Shown one piece after another: positions 24,375-36,952 of a stretch of DNA of 57,589 bases. The DNA is from Octopus sinensis (lineage: Eukaryota), in the NCBI RefSeq assembly GCF_006345805.1, contig NW_021833667.1:1-57589 (forward strand), in the 5' to 3' direction. Within the stretch, counting starts at the first letter, position 1. Every line of letters begins with the position of its first letter. The notes below the pieces were generated by a model. That model did no database searches and was not told where the DNA came from. It was given only the letters and a program-made list of their open reading frames with translations. The translations under genes were made by a program, and so were the position numbers.

Positions 24375-24509
24375 TACACTGGTTTATGGGGTTACCCTGG
24401 GTTTCTCGTTCAAAGAGGTCCCAGGCCAGCAGTGTTTGGGTCCTGAAGATGCGCCGTGAGGCTAAACCTCTTATGAACAAAAAACCCAGGATAACCCCGT
24501 AAATTAGTA
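24375..24509. mobile_element. Inverted pair of degenerate HHR units (family 3)
   Basis: Plus: CTGAAGA (24443-24449)...AAAAC CCAGG ATA ACCCC. Minus: GAAAC CCAGG GTA ACCCC (24405-24388). Related to 26957-27144. Confidence 0.6.
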
Positions 24510-24676
24510 GGAAAATTTTCCCGAGGTGACATGTAGTGGGACTGAACTAGGAACCATGTAGTTGGAAAGCAAGCTTCTTACCACAACCACAACCACATTT
24601 ACCCCACTACAATATTAACTCTTCTACATCTTAGAGTGTGCTTCTCCTCCAGATTTATGTATTTCTACAAACGATC

Positions 24677-24783
<107 letters not shown>

Positions 24784-25093
24784 TGAGTGCGTGTATGTGT
24801 GTGCGTGTTTTTTTTTTGAAGCTGTAATCATAATTCAAATCGATCTCATTGGTAAAGTAAATCCTTATTGACACGTACGCGCGCAAACTCACTCTTTCAC
24901 ACACACACACACACACACACACGCATGTCTCTCTCTCTCTCACACACACACACATACTCTTTCTCTCTCGCTCATTTTTTTCAAACAGACATTTATGACT
25001 GTGACAATAGACTGTTGTATAGTAAGCAGTCAAAGATCAGCGGCACCCTAAATATTTGTGTGTGTGCGTGTGTGTGTGTGTGTGGTGTGTGTG

Positions 25094-25128
<35 letters not shown>

Positions 25129-25401
25129 TGTGCGCGCGCTTAAGCTTTTCCTGTTTGTATGCGTGAATTCAGACGATATTTTTGCCTTAATCATCGATGC
25201 ACTCCAGGGGTCGGGTGCCATACCACCCGAAACTTTGTTTTTTTACTTCTTAAGGAGGACAGGTCATTAAGTTAAAGATAACCTTAAACCCGAGCCACTG
25301 AAAGAGAACCTCTACGTAGAAGCTTGACTTTCTAAAAATAGTAGCCAAATATCCCTCAAGTCTCTCTGTTCCATCTTTAAAATGGACGAACGAAGATGGC
25401 G

Positions 25402-25850
25402 GGTATCTTTTCGGTTTGAACGGCAGTTTTTAACATAATTTCTGGGTAACTAAAAAATTTAAAACTTCGTATACTGGTAGAATGTGTTTATAAAACATCT
25501 TTTTCTCTTGGCTTTATTGAGAAAATTCTATAGTTTGTAAGATATTTGTTGTTTTTTTTTTCTTCAATTTCTGCAATTTCAACCAATCAAATACGTCTAT
25601 TGAGGTAAAAAAAACATTCTGTGCCGTATGAATATGTCCCTCGTTTAAGAAACAGATTGGGTTTATTTACATTTGTGAAGAAAAAAAGATACCCTTCCCC
25701 CACCCCTAACCCTAACCCTAACTAACCCTAACTCTAACCCTCACCCTAAAACAGATTGAAATGCAATAGATCGATACTAGGGTCATAATTATGGGTGACA
25801 ATTTCATATGACACCGCTAGAAAAAACTGTCGTTCAAACCGAAAAGATCC
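25402..25850. mobile_element. MITE with GGATCTTTTCGGTTTGAACGGCAG TIRs and internal (CCCTAA)n
   Basis: Collinear with 44334-44748; TIR at both ends. Confidence 0.9.
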
Positions 25851-26428
25851 TCGTCTTTAAAATGGACGAACGATGATGGCGGTTATATGATTATTTAACA
25901 TGATTATTTAACAGGTTTATTGTTGTTGTGTAGTCCCAGGTTAGCTTGGATAACAAAGGCAATCTTATTGTATCATTGTTCATCCGTTTTAAAGACTGAG
26001 ATTTTAGAACGTTGAGTTGTCTTCTTGAGCAAAACACTTCATTTCCCGTTGCTGTGCGATCATTTCGTCAACTGATATGTGACACGCCGTGCACCTGTAC
26101 AGGAATTGTCGTTTTGAAGGAGGGAGTGAGCTAATGTAAACACAAACATCCGATCACTGTAAATAAATCATCTGTGTGGTTGTTCAGCAAGAAATTGCAG
26201 AACCCTCATACGTCAACTAACGACAGGAGAATCCATGTTATTTAGGCGCAGATGTGGTTGTGTGGTAAGAAGCTTGTTTCCCAACTACATGGTTCCTAGT
26301 TCAGTCCCACTACATGTCGCCTCGTGAAAAGTTTTCTACTAATGCCTCGGGCCAACCAAACCCGTGGATTTGGTAGAGTGGATTTGGTAGACGGGAGCTG
26401 ATAGAAGCCCATCGTGTGTGTGTGTGTG

Positions 26429-26467
<39 letters not shown>

Positions 26468-26589
26468 CTTTACTACCCACAAGGGGCTAAACACAGCGGG
26501 GACAAACAAGGACAGACAAACGGATTAAGTCGATTATATCGACCCCAGTGCGTAACTGGTACTTAATTTATCGATCCCGAAAGGATGAA

Positions 26590-26880
26590 GGAGGCGCAAT
26601 GGCCCAGTGGTTGGGGGAGCGGACTCGCGGTTTCGATTCCCAGATCGGGCGTTGTGTGTGTTTATTGAGCGAAAACACCAAAAGCTCCACGAGGCTACGG
26701 CAGGGAGGGGGGCCAGGGGGGTGACCCCTGTTGTACTCCTTCGCCCCAACTTTCTCTCACTCTTTCTTCCTGTTTCTTGAGTAACGCTGCCATGGACTGG
26801 CGTCCCGTCCAGCTGGGGGGAATACATACGCCACAGAAACCGGGAAACCGGGTCCATGATCCTGGCTAGGCTTGAAACGG
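26590..26880 (+). mobile_element. SINE with a family C head and a different 3' module
   Basis: Head identical in type to 49702. After ~26770 the sequence switches to ATGGACTGGCGTCCCGTCCAG...CAGAAACCGGG. Confidence 0.75.
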
Positions 26881-26956
26881 GCGCATATATATATCGTTTG
26901 TATAAAATATAAATCCGGAGAAGAAGCACACTCTAAGATGTATAGCAGTTTATACC

Positions 26957-27140
26957 ATAATGGGGAAGGCCGGTTTATGGGATTACCGTGGGTTTCCTGT
27001 TCATATGGCGTATCGTCAGACCCCAAAACTTTTTGCCTAATCGTCTGTGTGGTGCTAGTCCAACAGGTTTTGGAGTCTGACGATACGCCATAAAGCTAAA
27101 CCCTTTATGGACGGGGAAACTCCTATAACAGCCTTCCCTG

Positions 27141-27144
<4 letters not shown>
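26957..27144. mobile_element. Inverted pair of HHR units (family 3)
   Basis: Minus: GGGGT-CTGACGA (27019-27013)...GAAAC-CCACG-GTA^ATCCC. Plus: CTGACGA (27077-27083), CCATAAAG/CTTTATGG stem II, GAAAC (27116-27120), stem III deleted. Confidence 0.7.
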
Positions 27145-27172
<28 letters not shown>

Positions 27173-28048
27173 GGTGTGTGTGTGGGTGGTGTGTGGTGTG
27201 TGTGTGTGTGTGTGGTGTGGTGTGTGTGTGTGTGTGTGTGTGTGTACATACATACATATATGTATAAACATATATGTGTGTATGTATGTGTGTGTGTGTG
27301 CGTGTGCGTGCGTCTGGGATCTTCCATCTTCCAGCATCTTACGTGTTTCACTATTAAACATCATTGCTTAGTCGATTCCTCTTCTAAAAACTGTACATTA
27401 GCCATACTGCTTTCAAAGGGTTTTCTGATATCATTTCTCATCTATTTTAGACTTTTGCTTCAGATCTTCCCAGCTGGGTTAGAACTACTAACAGTAAAAC
27501 CTCTGTCAGTACAGCTCTAAGGGTCATAAGGATATGTAAACTCCGCCACCACATTTGGAGATCTGAATTGTATTCAAAGTTCATGATATTTATGTATAAG
27601 ACGCAGAGTTGACAAATAGTTACAAGCGTTGATAATCGACTATAATCCAATATAGTGGTTTTTAATATTTTGTATTATATAAATTATATTTGTATAATAA
27701 ACTGATAATCTAAAAGATAATAAAACACATGCGCGCAAACAAACATATATACACGTGTTTGTGTGTGTGCGTGTGTGTGTATGCGTGTGCGTGCGTCTGG
27801 GATCCGATAGCGGTCAGTCAATGACTATTGAAAAGGTTGCAAGAAGCAACGAAAATTTTAGTAAAAATATAAAATAAATGAGTGCAAATTGAACCGGTGT
27901 GTGTGTGTGTTAATTAATAAGTCATTAAAACAGAATGATTTTCCCAGAAACAACAAAATAAAACTTTATTTTATTATTGCGTTTTTAAACAAATTCCAAT
28001 GTGTTGTTTGACACTTGTTAGACTCAGATATGTGCGTTTCAGCACACA

Positions 28049-28105
<57 letters not shown>

Positions 28106-28199
28106 ACATACACACATACACACACACACACCACACACACACACAGAGGCACAGGCGCAAAGTATAATTAAAAAACCAGTTTCACAGATGTAGTAGCGG

Positions 28200-28410
28200 A
28201 CATTTTGAACGGTTGAGCGACAAACATTGCTGCGAAGGTTGCAAACTTTGAGGTAATCTCACTCCAACTCAAACTACCATGTTTGAATACGCAGACGACA
28301 TTACCGTCATGGTTATGCACTTTATAAATCGAAGTGGTGGCCGGCGCCATATTGGAAGACTACCAGAAAGTTGGGGGAGCACGCATTTATCGAAACATTT
28401 ATATGTTCTA
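28200..28410 (+). pseudogene. Degenerate L1/Tx1-type reverse transcriptase fragment
   Basis: Frames give LLRRLQTLR, EYADDITVMV (RT catalytic motif) and EDYQKVGGARIYRN. Confidence 0.65.
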
Positions 28411-28611
28411 AAATAAGATAGAATATTGTTGATAAGGTTTCTCAAATAGCTTGACATATTATGGAACATAAAGCTATGCTTCACTGAAAAATTCCAACCC
28501 CGTATCTCTTAATCGAACATGAAAAGTGTTTTCATAATGTCACACCCAAAGGAAGTTCCTTCTGGAAAGTTTCCAGCCGCCATAATTTTTAAAAGCCAGT
28601 TTACTCTTTAC

Positions 28612-29746
28612 TCTTTACTCTTTTACTTGTTTCAGTCATTTGACTGCGGCCATGCTGGAGCACCGCCTTTAATCGAGCAAATCGAACCCGGGACTTATTC
28701 TTTGTAAGCCCAGGACTGGATCTTTTCAATTCTGAAGCCAGGACCACAGATCTTTCTACTTAACTAAATAATCTGAAACTTCGTATGCTGATAGAGTCTA
28801 GCAAAACAAGACACAGGTTGGAACTAGTTTATTTGAGTAAAATCTATTTTATGACTTTAATCGTAGATTAAAACTGCGAATTTTAACCAATCAGATTGTT
28901 TGTTTTCATGTGTAAAACTTGACTGCATTCTATTAGTGTGATGTAGAAAGCGCTTTTGTGACGTACTAACGTTCGTTTGAAAACTGTAAACAAACACAGA
29001 ACGTAACGGCAGACGAAATACGGCTTCGCATTTCGCCCGGCGTGCTAACGTTTCTGCCAGCTCTTTGCTTTTTTAATATTAAATTTCTTGCCTTTTGCAC
29101 AAATAAATACAATAAGTGAAATGAAACGCATTAGCTTAGAAACGAAATCTTGTTAGAAGCCTCGTCACTGAGATGCCACTTCTTAATAGCAAACGAAAGC
29201 AAGTACTAACAGAATGGAAAACATTTTCAATTTAATACATGTGGCTTATTAACTAGTTTTAAATATTGTTATTAGAAGGTGGCTGACTATAGGATCCTGG
29301 AAACATGAGTACGTTAAATAATTAGAAGGAGATTTCACGGAGACATGCGGTTTATTACATTGAAGATGTTTAATACGTCACCAAATTGGTGGTCGAGACG
29401 GAGTAAATAAAATAAAGCCGAATGACGGAATATCATTGGTTAAAATTCTAATTATTAAACAACGTTAAACTTAGAAGTTACAATTCCGTTTTCATTCTGG
29501 TTTACAATTAAGTTTACTTTGGAACATTCTACCAGTATACGAAGTTTCAAATTGTTGGTTCAGTAGGAAAAATTTGAAAAAACTGGCTTCAGAATTGAAA
29601 AGATCCCCAGTACTTATTCTATCGGTCTCTTTTGCCGAACCGCTAAGTGACGGAGACAAACACGCCAGCATCGGTTGTCAAGCAATGGTAGGGGGACATA
29701 CACAGACCACAAACAACACACAACATACATCATACATAATATATAT

Positions 29747-29822
<76 letters not shown>

Positions 29823-29835
29823 TATATTATATATA

Positions 29836-29873
<38 letters not shown>

Positions 29874-30040
29874 CGGACAGGCTTCTTTCAGTTTCCGTCC
29901 ACCAAATCCACTCACAAGGCATTGTTCGGCCGGGGGCTATAGCAGAAGACACTTGCCCAAGATGTCACGCAGTGGGACTGAACCCGGAACCATGTGGTTG
30001 GTTAGCAAGCTACTTACCACACAGCCACTCCTGCGCCTAT
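28612..30040 (-). mobile_element. Full-length family A SINE interrupted by a MITE
   Basis: 3' tail at 28612-28717; remainder at 29607-30040, ending CACAGCCACTCCTGCGCC. Confidence 0.85.
28718..29606. mobile_element. Second copy of the GGATCTTTTCAATTCTG MITE (TSD CCAG[G/T]ACT)
   Basis: Both TIRs are intact, the 8-bp TSD has one mismatch, and the arms are near-identical to 13885-15035. Confidence 0.9.
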
Positions 30041-32042
30041 GGATATCCTGATATTTTATTTAATCGACCCCGAAGGTATGAAAAGTAAAAGTTGACCTCA
30101 GCTGAGTATGAACTCAGAAAGGTAAAGTGCGGTAACAAATGCCATGCGGTATTTTTACTGACGCTTTTACAATAATACCAGTTTGCCTACTTGTATGTGC
30201 ATGAATGAGTGTGTGTGTGTGTATGTGTGTAAATGGTCAGTTTAATTGTATATCTGTGTGTCCAGTTTTATATCCGCTTGTGTGGGTGGTGTTAGTATGT
30301 TTGGTATTTGGGGCTTGTAGTCACGATGTGGCTATTTTTAACGTTACACATGAATTGTGAGCATCTTCGTTAATTATTAATGTGTGTGTGTATGTGTAGA
30401 TATATTTAAGTACATACATACTCATACACACACACATATATACATATATGCACTGTGTGCATGTGTGTGTGAGACCATGTGTGTGTGTGTGTGTGTGTGT
30501 AACCGTGTGTGTGTGTGAGGTCATGTGTGTGTGTGTAACCGTATGTGTGTATGTGTAGATATATTTACGCGTATATATACTCATACACATATATATATAT
30601 ACACATGCATACATATATGCGCTGTGTGTGTGTGACCATGTGTGTATGACGTGTGTGTGTGTGTGTGTGTGCGTGTTTGTGTGTGTGTGTGACCATGTGT
30701 GTATGACCGTGTGTGTGTGTGTGTGTGTGCGTGTGTGTGTGTATGTCAACAATGTGCGTGTTTGTGTGTGTTGCGTTATATGTTTACCGTGGAGAGTCAG
30801 ATGTTATTCGGTGAACCGTATCGGTCTTGTCTGTACTGATTTTCCTCTTGACCAGTGTCCGGTGTGACATAGGTCAACTATGTACACTCAAAACACTCGC
30901 TCTCTTACCCTAACCCACTTCACCTTCACCTGAGCGCCAACCTCAAATCTATTTCGTCTCACACCTCACTTCTCCATCCATCTGTCTCCCTCTCTCTCTC
31001 TTCTCTCCCACCCCCTCTCTCTCTCCCTAACTTTCTCGCTTTGATAGCTATATACGTTAAGTGGTATTTTCTTTCTTCTCACCAAAAACCACCGGTCCAT
31101 CAATCTTTTCATTTCATCTACCAATATCTTACTGACACGTGTTACCAAACCCGGATACAAGTCTCTCGTACGAGGCAACGAAGGCGGACCTGCGTAGCTG
31201 ACATGCTTAAAATAGCAGCACAACCTCCTTGAAAAAGCTTTCTACTAGTTGAAAAAAAGTCACTTTGAATAATGAAGTTTATTTATCCTTTAACTTTTAC
31301 TTGTTTCAGTTATTAAACTGCAGCCATGTTACGGAACCGCCTGGCAGAATCATTAGTTGAATGAATCGACCCCACTACATTTTTTTAAAGCCTTATACTT
31401 ATTCTATCGGTTTCTTTTGCCTAACCGCTAGAATACGGGGACGTAAAAGCGCCAATATTGGTTGACAGGCGGTGGTACCACACACACACGATGGGCTTCT
31501 TTCAGCTTCCATCTACCAAATCCACTCACAAGGCTTTGGTCGGCCTGAGCAATAGTAGAAGACACCGACCCAAAGTGCCATGGAGTGGGACTGAACCCAG
31601 AACTATGTGGTTGGAAAGCAAGCTTCTTACTACACGTGACAGGATGGTCACGGTGGGAATGTTTTTGTTCAAGCTAGTTGAATAACATTTTTCATGGAAA
31701 AAGTGCAAAAAAATGGGGAGGAAACAGACAAACACGTTGATGTTAATGAAATATCAGATATGTACACTGATATTTTATGTCATAAATGCAGGGATGACTG
31801 TATGGGCAAAAAGCTCATTTTGAAACCACGTGTTTTTGGGTTCAGTCCCACTGCGCGATACCTTGGCCCTTGGGCAACAAATGTCCTCTACTACTATTAC
31901 GACAATTTTGTGAGTGAATTTGGTGGACAAACTTTCTGGAATTCCGTCGCGTGCGCGCGCGCACACACACATATCACTTGCACTTGACTTTTTGTTTGTT
32001 TACATTTCCGTAACTTACCAGTTCGGCAAAAGAAACCGATGG

Positions 32043-32496
32043 GGTACTGGTGTAGTATATGATTTACATACATATTTCTGGTATAGCTTGTGATCTACAT
32101 TAGTTCAAATCGTATAGTTTGTGATCTATACCGACTTTTTGATCTACATTTAAAATTTATCTCGACTTCTGTTTGGTTTGGTTTATAAACCAAAACAACT
32201 GTTTATGATTTAAACACTTTTAGTTCTGAGCCCATTGTAAGAAGTCGTGATGAGAGCAAAAGAATTTTACACACAGGTTATTCGAGATGAAGAAGCCGCA
32301 TAGAATTTCTCCAACGCTATGAACTCCTTGATGAACATGGAGATATTGATTCATGCAGGAAATGTGGAGGAGAAATGGCGGAAAAAATAAAGAAAAATAA
32401 GAGGGGAAACCCGTCCTATTTTTCGCTGCACAAAGTGTCTTGATTTAAGTTGCTGTAGATCAAAATGGCATGTAGATCACATACTACATCGGTACC
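32043..32496 (+). mobile_element. Merlin (IS1016/IS1595-related)-like deleted DNA transposon
   Basis: GG-starting TIRs GGTACTGGTGTAGTAT / ATACTACATCGGTACC and a perfect 8-bp TSD ACCGATGG (32035-32042, 32497-32504). Internal remnant reads DEEAA..LQRYELL..CRKCGGEM..FRCTKC (Zn-ribbon-like). Subterminal GATCTAC repeats. Confidence 0.7.
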
Positions 32497-33334
32497 ACCG
32501 ATGGACTAAGTATCAGACATAAAAGTAAGTACTAGGGTCAATTTGTTTGACTAAACCCTCCAGGACGATGCCCCAGCAGGGACGCAGCCTAATAACTGAA
32601 ACAAGTAAAAGGCTAAGAGATTTAATGAGTACTGAGACTGATGTTGGTAATGTTTCGCTTAAACTGTTACAAGTGACGCCAGCAGCAAAGGCAAGGTGCC
32701 TGTAGTGAGCTCCAAATGAAAGACGACCTGGGCAGGAAAGCAGCATAGTAAACAGGGCGGAGGCTATATAGGTTGGGAAGAGCGGAAGCGAATGGACCAA
32801 AAGCACCCAAATAGAGATGGTAAGAGATCATAATATTTGGAGGAGCAAAAGGCATAATAACAGCAGTAGAGAAGGCTGAAAGAGGAAATTGCACGGGGTC
32901 GTATCTGAATGGCTGCCCATTTTGAAATTTGAAAATTAAGTGAAAATTTCAAATTTGGTGTATTGATGTAATTTTTCACGCTGAATCACTAGTCTGAATT
33001 CACTTCATTTCTTTCAACTTTGCCTTTCGCCCTAAAATTGCTGACCTTCTGCTAAAACAATGATGACGACAGCGACAACAACACCAGCAACAACAATGAC
33101 GACGATGACTACAACCAATAACAACAACAGCAAGAATTCTTTCTATAATAGGCACAAGTTCTGAAATTTGTGGGGAGGAGGCTAGTCGATTACATGGACC
33201 CCATTGCTTAACTGGTACTTGTTTCATCGACTCCGAATGGATGAAAAGCAAAGTCGACATCTCGGTGGAATTTAAACGCAGAACATAAAGATGGACGAAA
33301 TAACAACAACAACAACAACAACAACAATAATAAT

Positions 33335-33436
33335 GCTTGGAATGTTAGGGATGTTACTTTAGTTCACTTGTAGTGAACAGCTGGCACCGTAGTGCATCTT
33401 CGGCGTTAGAATCTGTGTAAAAATAAAATGATGATG

Positions 33437-33491
<55 letters not shown>

Positions 33492-33605
33492 TGATGATGA
33501 TGATGATGATGATGATGTTTGGAACCGCTCGAATACTCTGGATGGTGTTCGAAAAATAAGGGATGTTACCTTAGTTCACTGGCACCGCAGTATATCAATA
33601 AATAA
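33335..33605 (+). mobile_element. Two stacked 3'-end fragments of an R4/Dong-type LINE in (TAA)n/(TGA)n
   Basis: 33521-33559 encodes GTARILWMVFEK* (RLE C-terminal GTA.ILR.VL motif). Both pieces share AGGGATGTTAC.TTAGTTCACT..GGCACCG.AGT and end in TAA repeats. Confidence 0.65.
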
Positions 33606-33645
33606 TAATTTCATGTTTTAGCCCCAGGGACGTAGTTGAGGAGAC

Positions 33646-33860
33646 AGGCGAGCTGGCAGAAACGTTAGCACGCCGGGAGAAATGCGTAGCAGTATTTCGT
33701 CTGCCGTTGCGTTCTGAGTTCAAATTCCGCCGAGGTCGACTTTGCCTTTCATCCTTTCGGGGTCGATAAATTAAGTACCAGTTACGCACTGGGGTCGATG
33801 TAATCGACTTAATTTGTTTGTCCCCTCTGTGGTTAGCCCCTTGTGGGTTGTAAATAAATA
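33646..33860 (+). mobile_element. tRNA-derived SINE family B
   Basis: Head GGCGAGCTGGCAGAAACGTTAGC...GAGTTCAAATTCC and central GCCTTTCATCCTTTCGGGGTCGATAAA. Other copies at 26465-26590, 33130-33300 and 37645-38038 (minus). Confidence 0.85.
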
Positions 33861-34255
33861 AATAATAATAATAATAATGAGTTGAGGGAAATAAGTCAAA
33901 GAACCCAAAAGTATGAATTTGGATAATTAAGGTAATGGATTGATTGAGGTAACAATAAGCTCATGCTTTATTGACAATTTCCTCCTGAATTTCAAGAAGA
34001 ATTTATTCTGGTCAACATTCATTATATTATGTTTTAACTCAAATTCGTTTCATTGGTAGCTTTGAGTTATTTTTCTTCGTGATACATACATACATACATA
34101 CATACATACATACATACATACATACATACATACATACACACACACACATACGTACGTGTGTATATGTGTGCGTGTGTGTATGAATGTATGTATATGTACT
34201 CGCACACGCGATCACACATGTACATGTCTGTATACTTTCACACAACACGTACACA

Positions 34256-34312
<57 letters not shown>

Positions 34313-34341
34313 ACACACACACACACCACACACACACATAT

Positions 34342-34405
<64 letters not shown>

Positions 34406-34540
34406 TGTATGTGCGCGTGTGTCCGTGTGTGTGTATGATTCTATGTTACTAAGCACTTTGGTACGCCCACCTGAAAACTAGTTCTTAAAATACCTCGCTG
34501 ATTTGTCATCAATCCTATCTTTACTCTTTCATTATTACAG

Positions 34541-34707
34541 TCAATGACTATATTCAAGTGGACATGTCTATTATACACAACGCTGGCCATTTAGAGACAG
34601 AAGACATTCTTGACCAACTATCTATCCCAGTAGCAACCCGGCCCACCAGTTCAAACAGTCACTCCGACGTCAGTCCGACTGATCGGAGAGATTTAACTGC
34701 TCGCTAG
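34541..34707 (+). CDS. Candidate terminal coding exon of an unidentified host gene
   Basis: Pyrimidine-rich acceptor (CTTTACTCTTTCATTATTACAG), then 54 open codons NDYIQVDMSIIHNAGHLETEDILDQLSIPVATRPTSSNSHSDVSPTDRRDLTAR and TAG. Non-repetitive, GC-richer island. Confidence 0.4.
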
Positions 34708-35390
34708 CATTCGCCACTCGCTAGCTCTTATAAATGAACACTTCACTTCCCTTCCGCCTCTTTCGATGTTCCGAACCACGTAAACATTAATTAAGTTAGT
34801 GTGAACATAGTTAATGTAGTGTGCGGCGCTAATATCTAATTAGAAGAAATACTTATGCAGTGAGGAAAAGACAAATATTACTTTTAATCATTTCGGTGAG
34901 GACGAGAGATAGCTCCGAGTCGTACTTTATTGAATCTTGTCCCCGACGAATAGGCCTATTTGAAAACATTAAGTGTTGTCTCCTATGTCTTGCTTACTTG
35001 ATTGTTTGTTCATTTTGGTCTCTTAGAAAATATTGGAAGAGAGGAACACTTCCACCTCTTCATCAAAAATTGCTATATAGAACTGGGGTGGATAAAGAAA
35101 GAAGGCAAAATAAAACGTTTTGCTATTTACTGAAAAAAGAAATTTTTCTTTCCTTTCTCACGTAGCGGTGTGGTATGAAGTTTGCTTCCCAACTACATGG
35201 TTCCAGGTTCAGTCCCACTATGTGGCACCTTGGGCAAGTGTTTTCTACTATAGCCTCGAGCCACCAAACCCTTGAGTGGATTTGGTAGCTGGAAACTGAA
35301 AGAATCCCGTTATATATATATATATTCAAATGTGTGTGTATTTTGTTTATTTTATATTTATATTTATTATAACTTAACATTATGTACTTT

Positions 35391-35519
35391 ATAATCTCTG
35401 ATGAAGCCTAGAGATATATACAAGTACCTCATGTCCATCTACCTATTACTTCAATCCACTTGAGTAATAAATGTAGAATGAGGTATTTTTATCTATTGGC
35501 TGAAACAGCTGTAAGTTAT
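35391..35519 (+). ncRNA. Type I hammerhead ribozyme with long stem II (family 1)
   Basis: ATAATCT-CTGATGA (35398-35404)-AGCC...TACCTCAT/ATGAGGTA...GGCT-GAAAC (35502-35506)-AGCT-GTA^AGTTAT. Confidence 0.75.
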
Positions 35520-35723
35520 TTTCCCAATTTATATTCATGTTTTTTATAATAATTACTGGTATCCTTATATATTACTATATTTTATATTTTTTTTATCTTA
35601 TATGTAAAGAATAATATATTATATGTATGTATGTTAGTGTTAGTAAATAAATAAAGAAGTTAACATAATTAAATGTCTAAAAGTTGATGAACCACCTATT
35701 TTTCTCCTCCATTTTCTTATTTG

Positions 35724-35772
<49 letters not shown>

Positions 35773-36048
35773 CTGTAATGATTATATCACTGACGTGATG
35801 AGGATAACTTGGAGATTTGACGCCTCATGGTAGAAATACCTGTAAGAGATTACTACTCTGTACACTCATCTATTATTATTCATTTGTTTCTCTCTATATA
35901 ATATATCTGTTTACGTATTTATTGCCTTATTTCATTCGTTTACTTGTATCACTTACACATATCTTTGTAATCAATTATAATAGATATAATTGAATGTTTA
36001 CTGGCTGATGTTTGTCGATTGTATATCCTCTCCATTTTCTTATTTGCC
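35391..36048 (+). mobile_element. Two tandem family 1 HHR-repeat copies nested within a family A SINE
   Basis: Copy 1 ends CTCCTCCATTTTCTTATTTGC at ~35727. The degenerate copy 35775-36048 has CTGACG..ATGAGG/CCTCAT..GAAATACCTGTA and the same 3' end. SINE halves lie at 35160-35340 and 36120-36335. Confidence 0.6.
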
Positions 36049-36914
36049 TTATATATATGTATATATATATATATATTATATATATATATATATATTAGAC
36101 ACACACACACATGCACACACACAGACACGCACATATATATTTGTGTGTCTGTGTGTGTCTCCCCAACATAGCTTGACAACCTATGCTGGTGTGTTACGGT
36201 TCGGCAAAAGAGACTGATAGAATAAGTACTAGGCTTATAAAGAATAAGTCCTGGGGTCGATTTGTTCGACTAAAGGTGGTGCTCCAGCATGGCCACAGTC
36301 ACATGACTGAAACAAGTAAAAGAGTAAAAGAGTAAGAGTTATTCGAGAAAATGAAATAGAATAAAAAATATATTCGTCATGGCTGTGCAATTTAGAAGCA
36401 CGCTTTGCAACCACGTGGTCTTGAGTTAAGTCTCACAACATGGTATCTTGACTAGGTGTCTTCAGCGGTGGGTCCCAACCGACCAATGCTTTGAGGGTGA
36501 ATATGGTAAAGGGGAAACTGTTGATGCTTGTTGTGTATTTTCTCCTTTTAGTAGTTTCAGTTATCAGAATACGGCCATCTTAGGCACAACCTGAAGAATT
36601 TTAGTCGAACCAATCGACCCTAGTATGTTTTTTTTCTTTTTAAGCCTAGTACTTATTCTATCGGTTCTTGTGCCGAACTGCTAAGTTATGGAGGCATAAA
36701 CACACCAACATTGGATATCAAACGGTGGTGGGAGACAAATACATACAATGATGCACACACACATACACACATGTATATATATGAAGGGCTTCTTTCAGTC
36801 TCAGCCCACCAAATCCACTCACAAGGTTTTGGTCGGTTCGTGACTATAGTAGAAGACACTTGCCCACGGTGCCATGCAGTGGGATTGATTGCAGAACCGT
36901 GTGGTTTTGAAATA

Positions 36915-36952
<38 letters not shown>

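Noticed and set aside
25712-25750. (CCCTAA)n as a telomere or fusion site
   Set aside because: Short, degenerate and internal to a MITE.
27451-27535. Possible exon (strong acceptor; TFASDLPSWVRTTNSK...), phase-compatible with 34541
   Set aside because: The donor is weak and there is no independent support; only RNA-seq could rescue it.
28188-28253. Apparent exon (CAG acceptor, GAG|GTAATC donor) with Cys-rich reading
   Set aside because: All frames stop before the donor, and the region is better explained as a decayed RT (YADD motif).
33646-33730. tRNA-like heads here and at 49702 and 16750-16807 as tRNA genes
   Set aside because: They are heads of multicopy SINEs and do not form a full cloverleaf.
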